A stretch of DNA of 64,000 nt, from assembly GCA_015068735.1 (NCBI GenBank), contig SVJW01000005.1:321-64320 (forward strand), written 5' to 3'. This stretch comes from Oscillospiraceae bacterium. Lineage in GTDB: Bacteria > Bacillota > Clostridia > UMGS1883. Both the position numbers and the translations under genes were made by a program. Of the stretch, positions 1 through 7,591 are shown piece after piece. Position 1 is the stretch's first letter; each line of letters begins with the position of its first letter. The notes under the pieces were generated by a model. The model was not told where the DNA came from. It did not search any database and saw nothing but the letters and a program-made list of their open reading frames with translations.

Positions 1-1041
1 AATTTCTTGAATGTTTATCCCTTCATTTGCAAGCAATGATGCATGTGAATGTCGAAAATCGTGGATGCGAATTTTCTTTATCGCTGCAGTTTTTGCAAAC
101 TCTTTATTTCTGTTTTCAATAGTAGTATCGCGTAAAGGTTTTGCACCTCCACATACGCGAAAATTATCATTAAATCCGGGGTATGTCATATAGCGTTTTT
201 TGTGGTCTTGGAGAATTTTAAGCAAAGGAAAAGGAATTTGAATTATGCGTGCAGAACTGTAGCTTTTAGGACGAGTTTCTCTATCTCCACCTTTTTCCTT
301 TTGGTTTATACTTCTGTTAATATGTATATATCCATCCTTTATATCAGTCCATTTTAGAGCATGAATCTCTCCTTTTCTCATACCCATGTAAAAGGCAATT
401 GCAAAAAAGACGTAATATCCCCACTCTTTGTGTGTGTTTTCCTCTTGAGCTTTGTTAAGTGCTGCGGATAAAAAAAGCTTATATTCCTCAACTGTATAGA
501 AATCTATTTTTGGTTTTTCAGGGAACTCGTTAGGGTCTTTAAAATTCTTTACCTTTAAAAGATTGTTCTTGGGGATATAGTCCATTTCTACCCCCCAATT
601 TAAGAGAGAACGTAAGGCCGAATATATGTTTTGCTTATATCTAAGACTTAGTGGGTTACCGTTCTTTTGATTATTCATATTATCCACTTCGTTCTTCCAT
701 TCTTGAAACATGGGGACTGTAAGTTTTTTTACACGCTTATCTCCCAATTTTCCGAGCACATATTGCTCAATACGGGTCTTATTCTTATTAACAGTACTTT
801 CTTTTACTTCACCTTTTTTAGCAGAAACATAGAGGTCGAGAAGCTGTTTAACAGTAATTCCGGAAACTGTAGGAGTTTCTTTGACCTCGAATTCAAGACG
901 GGCTTCCAGTTCTTTCGCTTCGGCTTTGCCGTAGGCTATTCGTGTAGCTTTCTGATACTTCCCGAAATTGTCAGTATAATTTACTACAACACGATACTTT
1001 TGTTTTCCGTCCTTTGAGCCGTTTTCTTTATAAATAGGCAT
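1..1041 (-). CDS. Tyrosine integrase (3' end truncated by window edge)
   Basis: Absent from the ORF track because it has no stop inside the window. My minus-strand translation from ATG 1041-1039 (AAAAAGGAGTG upstream) stays open to position 1. It reads MPIYKENGSK...GMRKGEIHALKWTDI...RPKSYSSARII...IRIHDFRHSHASLLANEGINIQEI, matching tyrosine recombinase Arg and HxxR boxes. The catalytic Tyr would lie left of the window. Confidence 0.9.
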   Translation of the reverse strand, partial: MPIYKENGSKDGKQKYRVVVNYTDNFGKYQKATRIAYGKAEAKELEARLEFEVKETPTVSGITVKQLLDLYVSAKKGEVKESTVNKNKTRIEQYVLGKLGDKRVKKLTVPMFQEWKNEVDNMNNQKNGNPLSLRYKQNIYSALRSLLNWGVEMDYIPKNNLLKVKNFKDPNEFPEKPKIDFYTVEEYKLFLSAALNKAQEENTHKEWGYYVFFAIAFYMGMRKGEIHALKWTDIKDGYIHINRSINQKEKGGDRETRPKSYSSARIIQIPFPLLKILQDHKKRYMTYPGFNDNFRVCGGAKPLRDTTIENRNKEFAKTAAIKKIRIHDFRHSHASLLANEGINIQEI

Positions 1042-1308
1042 AAAAATACACTCCTTTTTAAAAAATGGTTGCAAAAACCCAAGGAGTGTAATATAATAAC
1101 GTTAGTTGGACGTTGAGGAACACTCCTTGACGTTGCCCTACAGTGTTGGCGCACTGTGGGGCTTTTATATTTTGTGTTATAAATTACATATTGCAATTTG
1201 CTTCTCCGAGCAGGGGGACTTTGATTTTCTTAAGTTCACTTGCCGGGATAAGATTATCATATTTCTTGCAGAGTTCTTTTATGGACTCTGCTTTTTTCTT
1301 TTTAGACA

Positions 1309-1962
1309 TTAAAATTCCACCTTACATTCTACTACTTTGCCGATAACTTCTATATATGTTTCTTTAGTATTATAAATTTGAATGTCATGTTTAGGATTGT
1401 ATGACTGAGGTATAAGCTGAACGATGTTACCTTCTTTTTTAAATCTTTTTACGGTAGCATCTTCTTTGTTTACCCTTACAACAGCGATTTCGCCGTTTTC
1501 AACCTCAGGTTGTCTTCGTACTATTATTGTGCTTCCATCACTTATCTGTGCAGCATTCATACTATCGCCTTTTACTCGCAAGGCGAAATATTCTGCTCCA
1601 CCGTTATGTTCTGTATATGTGTAGCCTTCTATATGTTCTTCTGCATATAAAGGAAGTCCTGCGGCAATACGACCAAGTATGGGGATCTCATGAATAATTG
1701 GATTGTAGGGAGTGCCGATGCTTTGATTGAAGGGAACAACATTAATATCTCGAAGATCTTCAGGAGAGATTCCCATGATTTCTAATGGAGAGACTTTCAA
1801 AACTTTTGCCAGCAAAGCAATTTTATCTCGTTTCATATTTTCTATATATCCAGTTTCCCATTTTTTTACTGTGCTTTTTCCAACACCAACGTATTTCCCA
1901 ACAGCTTCCAAAGTAAGTCCGAGTTCTTTACGCCTCTTTTCTATATCATAATTATTTGACAA
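1309..1962 (-). CDS. CI-like phage repressor (XRE HTH + S24 LexA-type autopeptidase)
   Basis: 217 aa. N-terminal HTH (LTLEAVGKYVGVGKSTVKKWE). C-terminal S24 motifs (RVKGDSM Ser nucleophile, ATVKRF Lys). TTG start 6 nt after GGAGGTG. Divergent from the cro-like gene. Confidence 0.9.
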   Translation of the reverse strand: MSNNYDIEKRRKELGLTLEAVGKYVGVGKSTVKKWETGYIENMKRDKIALLAKVLKVSPLEIMGISPEDLRDINVVPFNQSIGTPYNPIIHEIPILGRIAAGLPLYAEEHIEGYTYTEHNGGAEYFALRVKGDSMNAAQISDGSTIIVRRQPEVENGEIAVVRVNKEDATVKRFKKEGNIVQLIPQSYNPKHDIQIYNTKETYIEVIGKVVECKVEF

Positions 1963-1990
1963 CTATGACACCTCCTTATTCTTTATGATT

Positions 1991-2019
1991 AGTGTAACAT
2001 AAAAGTTTCGTTTATGCAA
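1991..2019 (-). promoter_or_regulatory. Candidate repressor promoter (TTGCAT-17-TACACT on minus strand)
   Basis: Minus strand -35 TTGCAT (2019-2014), 17-nt spacer, -10 TACACT (1996-1991), upstream of the CI TTG start. Confidence 0.45.
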
Positions 2020-2060
2020 CATATTTTTTAAAAAATACAAAAAAAGTTTCCAAAAAGGGA

Positions 2061-2089
2061 TTGACAGCCTTTAAAACGCGTGTTATACT
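2061..2089 (+). promoter_or_regulatory. Candidate early rightward promoter (TTGACA-17-TATACT)
   Basis: -35 TTGACA 2061-2066, 17-nt spacer, -10 TATACT 2084-2089, about 40 nt upstream of the cro-like ATG. Confidence 0.6.
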
Positions 2090-2091
2090 AA

Positions 2092-2109
2092 AAGTGTCCT
2101 AAAGGAAAC
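2092..2109 (+). promoter_or_regulatory. Operator-like repeat copy 1 (AAGTGTCCTAAAGGAAAC)
   Basis: 18-mer immediately after the -10. It recurs with 1 mismatch at 2328-2345. GTTTC/GAAAC half-sites also occur at 2005, 2046, 2341 and 2346. Confidence 0.4.
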
Positions 2110-2126
2110 AAAAGGAGGTGAATAAA

Positions 2127-2327
2127 ATGAAAAGTTGTTTGCTTAGAAGTAAAATTGTAGCAAAAGGAATGAAAATTGACCAGTTTTGCCGAGAGACAGG
2201 TATTAAAAAGACGTCACTCTACAGAAAACTTTCTGGGAAGACACAGTTTACTCGTGGCGAGATAGAACGTATCATTATTGAATTAGAACTTACTTCAGAA
2301 GAGATAATGGATATTTTTTTTGAATAG
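2127..2327 (+). CDS. Cro-like small HTH regulator
   Basis: 66 aa from ATG 2127 (AAAGGAGG 2111-2118). HTH-like KIDQFCRETGIKKTSLYRKLSG. Divergent from CI. Confidence 0.7.
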   Translation: MKSCLLRSKIVAKGMKIDQFCRETGIKKTSLYRKLSGKTQFTRGEIERIIIELELTSEEIMDIFFE

Positions 2328-2345
2328 AAGTGTCCTAAAAGAAAC
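2328..2345 (+). promoter_or_regulatory. Operator-like repeat copy 2 (AAGTGTCCTAAAAGAAAC)
   Basis: Direct repeat of 2092-2109, placed 1 nt after the cro-like stop. Followed by GAAACGAAACT, the reverse complement of AGTTTCGTTT at 2003-2012. Confidence 0.4.
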
Positions 2346-2627
2346 GAAACTGAAAATTGCACAAAATGAAACAGACCGATGTGCGAATCAGTCTGTTTGA
2401 GGGGTTACTTTGTGTTTTGTATCTTTTTTAATAAGTACGCTACTAAAAGACAGTTGCCATTACATAGAAACTTGCAGTTTAGGTGGCAAGGTCTAACTTC
2501 AGTAGACGCCATAGAGATAGGACACATGATTCCATTGTTCATATTGTTAACCTCCTTCCTTTAGGGCTTAACAATATTGTACCATAAATGAAACATTTAG
2601 TGGTGCACCGTAGAGGAGGTGATTGAG

Positions 2628-2816
2628 GTGAATGTAATAATTTTCGGGTTATGTCTTGTTTTTAGTTTGTTGTTTTTTTATTACTTGTTCCGTGAATTAA
2701 GCTTCGTGATAATCATTGTCTCTGCTTTGTGGGCATTCTTAGTTACATTGGTAGTGAAAGAATATTTGCCAATACTATTTTCAACCATGCAAGAATTGTT
2801 ACACCAAATAGAATAG
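2628..2816 (+). CDS. Small hydrophobic (2-TM) protein, hypothetical
   Basis: ORF 2619-2816. GGAGGTG lies at 2613-2619, so GTG 2628 is the better-spaced start. Very hydrophobic. Its 3' end overlaps the convergent gene 2743-3309, so one of the two calls may be wrong. Confidence 0.35.
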   Translation: MNVIIFGLCLVFSLLFFYYLFRELSFVIIIVSALWAFLVTLVVKEYLPILFSTMQELLHQIE

Positions 2817-3309
2817 CGAATACAAAGACAACGGTTTTGGCGAACAAGAATATAGCAGTAAAAATCCATTTTTCGTAAATATTTGCAAATTGATTATGAC
2901 GGATTCTGTATGACAATGTTCGTTTAGGATATCCTAACAAGCTACAAAGTCTGTTGCATCTGATATCTATGTAGCGGCACAACTCTTCATATGTATCTTG
3001 CCATACCTTTTCTTTTGATAGTCCTTCTCTGAGAAAATCTATGTGCTCACTTACGAAAAATGGAAGATATTCCGATTGGGAAAATGTGTTATCAATTTCA
3101 GACAGTAGCTTTTGTAGTTCTTCTACAGAAAGTTTCTTGTACAAAAAAGGAGAAAGAATCTTATACAAGGGGAAATATACATTTAAAAATAATTCTTTCT
3201 TGGTCGAAATTTGTACGGTCTTTATGATTACGGCAAAGCTGACTACAGTCACGATAATTGTTGTTAGAATTTCTAACATATTTGATTGGGTATTGCACAT
3301 AAAAATCAC
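2743..3309 (-). CDS. Hypothetical membrane protein, opposite orientation to early operon (moron candidate)
   Basis: 188 aa. N-terminal TM (LEILTTIIVTVVSFAVII) and two C-terminal TM segments. Start uncertain (GTG 3309 or ATG 3300). Confidence 0.55.
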   Translation of the reverse strand: MIFMCNTQSNMLEILTTIIVTVVSFAVIIKTVQISTKKELFLNVYFPLYKILSPFLYKKLSVEELQKLLSEIDNTFSQSEYLPFFVSEHIDFLREGLSKEKVWQDTYEELCRYIDIRCNRLCSLLGYPKRTLSYRIRHNQFANIYEKWIFTAIFLFAKTVVFVFAILFGVTILAWLKIVLANILSLPM

Positions 3310-3480
3310 AACCTTTCGGGACGATTATAACACAACTACATATTAAATACAAGGAGGTGATTATATTGAAAAAGTTTCTTAAGAAATAATAAAAAATGAC
3401 GGCGTAGCAGAAGCTACAACCGTCGCAAAAGTTTACAAACAAAGTATAACACAGATTAAAACAAAAAGCAAGTAGAAAGG

Positions 3481-3681
3481 ATGTTAATTATGGTAGATAA
3501 AAATAAATTACTCGCAACCAGAGATGTAATAATGTTTTTCTTAGGCAAGTCGGAATTAGATGCCGATGAATGTAAACAGGTACTTCAGATGTGTAACGAT
3601 GAGGTGGATGCAGCGGTAAGGCGTATGAGCATTACGGAAGTAAAGAGGGATGGTGATGACAGTGGCAAGGATTGCGATTAA
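3481..3681 (+). CDS. Hypothetical early protein
   Basis: 66-aa ORF, acidic C-terminus. ATG 3490 is better spaced from AAAGGA than ATG 3481. Confidence 0.45.
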   Translation: MLIMVDKNKLLATRDVIMFFLGKSELDADECKQVLQMCNDEVDAAVRRMSITEVKRDGDDSGKDCD

Positions 3682-3955
3682 GGACCTTAAAACCTGCCTA
3701 AGGATTTATTACACATATCCTGAAATCGGAAGTAAAGAGATAAAGGAACTTTTTGGAGTTGGTGACAATAAGGTTTGTAATCTTAAAAACCTTGTTCGTA
3801 AGGTACAAATCGAAAAAAACATAATGGTTCTGGATAAGCACAGTGTTAATACTGAAACTGCTTTTGAAGTGTGGGGTATTGACATAGGCGATATCGAGCG
3901 CAGGGTAAAGAAACTTGAGAAACTCGGGCTTTACGAAACGGAGGAAGCAGTATGA
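3650..3955 (+). CDS. Hypothetical early protein
   Basis: 101-aa ORF overlapping its neighbours in operon style. No recognisable motif. Confidence 0.5.
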   Translation: MVMTVARIAIKDLKTCLRIYYTYPEIGSKEIKELFGVGDNKVCNLKNLVRKVQIEKNIMVLDKHSVNTETAFEVWGIDIGDIERRVKKLEKLGLYETEEAV

Positions 3956-4116
3956 CTTGGTTATATATAACGGTAATGTGGTTTGCAGCATTGTTGGTAG
4001 CTGACGATATGGGGCTGGAGCATATCCACCCGGCAAAAGGTGTGTTTATTATTCTGGCACTTATCTACAATGTGGCATATACGATGTATAAATGGGAAAG
4101 GAAGTATAAAAGATGA
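3952..4116 (+). CDS. Small 2-TM membrane protein (54 aa), hypothetical
   Basis: Below the ORF-track cutoff. ATGA overlaps at both ends (3952-3955 and 4113-4116). MTWLYITVMWFAALLVADD...GVFIILALIYNVAYTMYKWERKYKR. Confidence 0.45.
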   Translation: MTWLYITVMWFAALLVADDMGLEHIHPAKGVFIILALIYNVAYTMYKWERKYKR

Positions 4117-4724
4117 AAAATTATATTTGTTTAGGTGGTAAGAAAATCGAACTTACAGCGGAGCAGGTTGCAGAGATGCAGAAATCGCTCGGGATAGGAC
4201 AGGTTAAGTTGAAAAACATTCCTATAGGGGAAACGTTTAAAGTTGGAGATTATGAGTTTGTTGTTCTTGATCGCTCGGAAGAAACAACAGCGGTTATTCT
4301 TAAAGATCTCTTACATAAAGAGAAGCAGTTCGGAAAGAACAATAACTTTGAAAACTCACATATTGATGAAATTTGCAAGAAGTTCAGTTGTGAGATTTCA
4401 GCGATAATTGGTGAAAACAATCTTATTGAACATACCGTGGACCTTACATCTGATGATGGTTTGAAAGACTACGGCAAAATCAAGAGAAAGATGTCTCTTC
4501 TTACAGCTAATCTCTATCGCCGTTACGTTGAAATACTGGACAAGCATAAAATAAAAGCTTGGTGGTGGTTGGCAACAGCATACAGTACGCCTACACATGA
4601 AAATGCTAACTGGGTAAAGTGCGTTTCGCCCGATGGTTGCATTTACAGCGGCTTCAATTACGACGGTACGTTTGGCGTTCGTCCGTTTTGTATCTTAAAT
4701 TCTAATATCTTTGTATCACGCTAA
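4113..4724 (+). CDS. DGR variable (target) protein 2; C-terminal lectin-like variable region (DUF6273-like architecture)
   Basis: 203 aa. C-terminus WWWLATAYSTP...CVSPDGCIYSGFNYDGTFGVRPF contains VR2. Paralog of the next gene. No signal peptide seen. Confidence 0.85.
   Translation: MKNYICLGGKKIELTAEQVAEMQKSLGIGQVKLKNIPIGETFKVGDYEFVVLDRSEETTAVILKDLLHKEKQFGKNNNFENSHIDEICKKFSCEISAIIGENNLIEHTVDLTSDDGLKDYGKIKRKMSLLTANLYRRYVEILDKHKIKAWWWLATAYSTPTHENANWVKCVSPDGCIYSGFNYDGTFGVRPFCILNSNIFVSR
4620..4686 (+). repeat. DGR variable repeat VR2
   Basis: 67 nt, collinear with TR 5677-5743. 13 substitutions, all at TR adenines. Confidence 0.9.
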
Positions 4725-4737
4725 GGAGGATAAAAAC

Positions 4738-5274
4738 ATGAAAGAAATGAAATTAACTGAAGTTATAAACGGTAAAACTTTTAAAATCGGTGATGTTGAG
4801 TTTATAAAGTTTTCCGAAGAAAACGGAGAAGTAACAGCTGTAGCAAAGGACATTGCTTTCCGTTCTCAGTTTGGAAAAAATAATAACCTCAAAGAGAGTT
4901 CGGTTCTCGAAAGACTTAAAAATGAATTCTTGCCGAAAATTGCAGAAGTTGTAGGTGAAGAAAATATCCTTGAACACAAAGTGGATTTAACAAGCCTTGA
5001 CGGGTTGAAAACATATGGAGATATGGTAAGTAAAATCAGTATTCCCACATTTGATTTTTACCGTGAGAACGTAAAGATTTTCGATGAATATAACCCTGAT
5101 ACCTGGTGGTGGCTTGCTACTCCCGATACAACACCGGAACATCTTAACGACTTCTGGTGCCGTTGCGTTTCGCCCGATGGTAACGTTAACTTCAGCAGCA
5201 ATTACGACGGTACGAATGGCGTTCGTCCGTTTTTGAAATTTGTATCTTCTATCTTTGTATCGGTTGAGGAATAA
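4738..5274 (+). CDS. DGR variable (target) protein 1
   Basis: 178 aa from ATG 4738 (AAGGAGG 4723-4729). C-terminus WWWLATPDTTP...CVSPDGNVNFSSNYDGTNGVRPF contains VR1. Confidence 0.9.
   Translation: MKEMKLTEVINGKTFKIGDVEFIKFSEENGEVTAVAKDIAFRSQFGKNNNLKESSVLERLKNEFLPKIAEVVGEENILEHKVDLTSLDGLKTYGDMVSKISIPTFDFYRENVKIFDEYNPDTWWWLATPDTTPEHLNDFWCRCVSPDGNVNFSSNYDGTNGVRPFLKFVSSIFVSVEE
5163..5230 (+). repeat. DGR variable repeat VR1
   Basis: 68 nt, collinear with TR 5676-5743. 8 substitutions, all at TR adenines. Confidence 0.9.
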
Positions 5275-5277
5275 AGT

Positions 5278-5646
5278 ATGGTTGACAAAGAACTGAAAGT
5301 TATTGTCAAAGCAAAAGAGTTAATGAAACATACGTATGTGCTTACATCCAATGCAAACAGATACCCGAAGAAGTTCAGACATTCTCTTGTGGATAGGATG
5401 CAGATTGTAAGTATGGATATATATGAGCTTTTGCTTGAATCTAATCGGATTAACAATAAAACCGAAAGATACTTCAGATGCGAGACAATAACAAAAGCTA
5501 TTATGAACTGCGATAAGCTTCAGACCTACATCGAATTATCAATGGAGTTGAAGTTACTGAATCCAAAATCGGCGGAGTATTGGTCGAAAATGGTGTCTGA
5601 TGTAAAGTTCATGTCTATAGCTTGGAGAACAGCTGAAAAGAAATAA
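5278..5646 (+). CDS. avd: DGR accessory variability determinant (Avd-like four-helix-bundle protein)
   Basis: 122 aa, basic and helical. Sits in the canonical position between target gene and TR. Resembles the Avd / 23S-rRNA-IVS protein family. Confidence 0.75.
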   Translation: MVDKELKVIVKAKELMKHTYVLTSNANRYPKKFRHSLVDRMQIVSMDIYELLLESNRINNKTERYFRCETITKAIMNCDKLQTYIELSMELKLLNPKSAEYWSKMVSDVKFMSIAWRTAEKK

Positions 5647-5675
5647 TCTATATAGGTTGTGCGTTGTATTTTTTC

Positions 5676-5743
5676 TTGCGTTTCGCCCGATGGTAACATT
5701 AACAACAACAACAATTACAACAATACGAATGGCGTTCGTCCGT
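5676..5743 (+). repeat. DGR template repeat (TR)
   Basis: TTGCGTTTCGCCCGATGGT AAC ATT AAC AAC AAC AAC AAT TAC AAC AAT ACG AAT GGCGTTCGTCCGT. Asn-codon-rich core with 21 adenines in 36 nt. Lies in the avd-RT spacer. Confidence 0.9.
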
Positions 5744-5850
5744 CCTGGTGGATTGTCAGACAGAGTAGGCATAAGCCGAAATCAGAGCACCACATCAAAA
5801 GAACGCACAACCTTTCTTTGAAAAAAGATAAACAAAGAGGATTATGTTGT

Positions 5851-6966
5851 ATGACCGATTTTGAGAAAGTAATTGATTTTAATAATATGTACCGTGCATA
5901 TCGCAGGTCGAAGTGTGGTAAAGGTTATAAAAGAAGTGCTGCACGGTTTAACATTATGGCTCTTGATGGCGTTAACGCTTTGATAGAGCAGTTAAAAAAC
6001 AAAACCTATAGAATATCTCCATACAATGAATTTACGGTTTATGAGCCGAAAGAACGTGTTATTAAGACAACATCTTTCAAGGATAAGGTCATACAGCATA
6101 GTTTATGTGATAATGTGATACTTCCCAAATTGCAGGAAATCTTTATTTTAGATAACTGTGCCGGGCAAAAAGGAAAAGGGACATTGTTTGGGCTTAACCG
6201 TCTGAGCAAGCAGATGAAAGCCTTTTATAAAAGATATGGACATAGTGGCTACATATTAAAGTGCGACATTTCGAAGTTCTTTTATAACATTTCTCATAGC
6301 CAACTGAAAGACATTGTTGAATATTATTTCTCTTATGACAGAGATATTTGTTGGTTGTGTAATCTGTTCATTGACAGCACAGAGGGGAAAGGAATTCCTT
6401 TAGGTAATCAGATAAACCAAGGCTTTGCTCTTTTATATTTAGACGGTATGGACAAGCTCATAACAGGCGAATTAGGTATAGAGTTTTACGGCCGTTATAT
6501 GGATGATTTCTATTTGATTCATCCGGATAAGCAATATCTGAAGCATTGCCTTGAAGTGGTAACGGAGTTCCTGCAAACGCTTGATTTGACTTTGAATGGG
6601 AAAACACAGATATTTCCCTTTAAAAACGGTGTAAGCTATCTTGGATTCCATACTTATGTAACGAACAGCGGAAAGGTAATACGAAAACTTAAAAACCAAA
6701 ACAAGAGAAATGCTCAGCGGAAGTTTTTAAAAATGGCAAAGTTAGTTGTTGCAGGTAGGCTTACGGAAGAAAAATTCTATGCTTCGTACAACGCTTGGAG
6801 AAATCACATATCACACGGCAATTGTTATAAATTAGGCAAACAGATGGATTTAAAAATAAATGAAATTTTGAAAGAGGTAAATAATATGGCTCAATATAAA
6901 ACTTGCCCTAATTGTGGTGCACATTTAGATCCGGGAGAAAAGTGTGATTGTGAGGAACCACCTTAA
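5851..6966 (+). CDS. DGR reverse transcriptase
   Basis: 371 aa from ATG 5851 (AAAGAGGA upstream). YMDD at 6496-6507. IPLGNQINQGFALLYL resembles the DGR-RT (I/L)GxxxSQ motif. C-terminal CPNCG...CDC Zn-ribbon tail. Confidence 0.9.
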   Translation: MTDFEKVIDFNNMYRAYRRSKCGKGYKRSAARFNIMALDGVNALIEQLKNKTYRISPYNEFTVYEPKERVIKTTSFKDKVIQHSLCDNVILPKLQEIFILDNCAGQKGKGTLFGLNRLSKQMKAFYKRYGHSGYILKCDISKFFYNISHSQLKDIVEYYFSYDRDICWLCNLFIDSTEGKGIPLGNQINQGFALLYLDGMDKLITGELGIEFYGRYMDDFYLIHPDKQYLKHCLEVVTEFLQTLDLTLNGKTQIFPFKNGVSYLGFHTYVTNSGKVIRKLKNQNKRNAQRKFLKMAKLVVAGRLTEEKFYASYNAWRNHISHGNCYKLGKQMDLKINEILKEVNNMAQYKTCPNCGAHLDPGEKCDCEEPP

Positions 6967-6982
6967 AAGGTAGGCGAAAGAA

Positions 6983-7399
6983 ATGGTACTCAGCTTAATG
7001 GATTTACCGCCTCGATATCGAGAACAGGCGGAAAGGCAGATTATTGAGAAAGAAAAAGCAAAAAAATCCAAGTACGGAAATGAAAAAGTAACTGTTAATG
7101 GCGTGCTTATTGACAGTAAGAAAGAAGCCCGACGGTATGAAGAGCTTATGGCGATGTTTGGGAAAGGTGAAATTGAAGATTTAAAGCTTCAGAATACATT
7201 TACCTTACAGAATGCATACACAACGCCTGAGGGCAAGCGAATAAGGGCTATAACATACAAAGCAGACTTTACATATTATAAGGACGGAAAATTCATTGTA
7301 GAGGATGTTAAGAGCCCTGTTACACGAAAGAAACCAGATTACAGGATGAAGGTCAAAATGATGCAGAATGTATTTAAGATAGAAGTTGTGGAGGTATAA
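6983..7399 (+). CDS. DUF1064-type phage protein (nuclease-like fold)
   Basis: 138 aa. KYGNEKVTVNGVLIDSKKEARRYEEL...YKADFTYY...VEDVKS matches the pattern I recall for DUF1064. Confidence 0.65.
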   Translation: MVLSLMDLPPRYREQAERQIIEKEKAKKSKYGNEKVTVNGVLIDSKKEARRYEELMAMFGKGEIEDLKLQNTFTLQNAYTTPEGKRIRAITYKADFTYYKDGKFIVEDVKSPVTRKKPDYRMKVKMMQNVFKIEVVEV

Positions 7400-7402
7400 A
7401 CG

Positions 7403-7576
7403 ATGAGAAAATGTAAGGTGTGCGGAATGGTCTTTGACGGTGACACAAGATACACAGAAATAAAGGGCGACAGTTACTGTGAGGATTGCATCCGTGAGAT
7501 GGACACAACTGATTTGCTTGAACTTCTTGATATTGAATTCACCTGCATTGGGTTTCCGGAACCTGAAAGATGTTAA
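7403..7576 (+). CDS. Small Zn-ribbon protein (57 aa)
   Basis: Below the ORF-track cutoff. MRKCKVCGMVFDGDTRYTEIKGDSYCEDCIREM... with CxxC...CxxC. Confidence 0.45.
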   Translation: MRKCKVCGMVFDGDTRYTEIKGDSYCEDCIREMDTTDLLELLDIEFTCIGFPEPERC

Positions 7577-7591
7577 GAAAGGATAATTTAT

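Larger units (their letters stand above)
4113..6966 (+). mobile_element. Diversity-generating retroelement (target2-target1-avd-TR-RT)
   Basis: TR/VR1/VR2 alignment shows adenine-only mismatches, together with an avd-like ORF and a YMDD reverse transcriptase. See findings. Confidence 0.9.

Noticed and set aside
5659-5850. N-terminal extension of the RT ORF through the TR (GTG 5659, MRCIFSCVSPDGNINNNNNYNNTNGVRP...).
   Set aside because: There is no convincing RBS. The stretch is the DGR template RNA and spacer region. The ATG at 5851, with AAAGAGGA upstream, gives a normal-length RT. I keep it only as a low-interest note.
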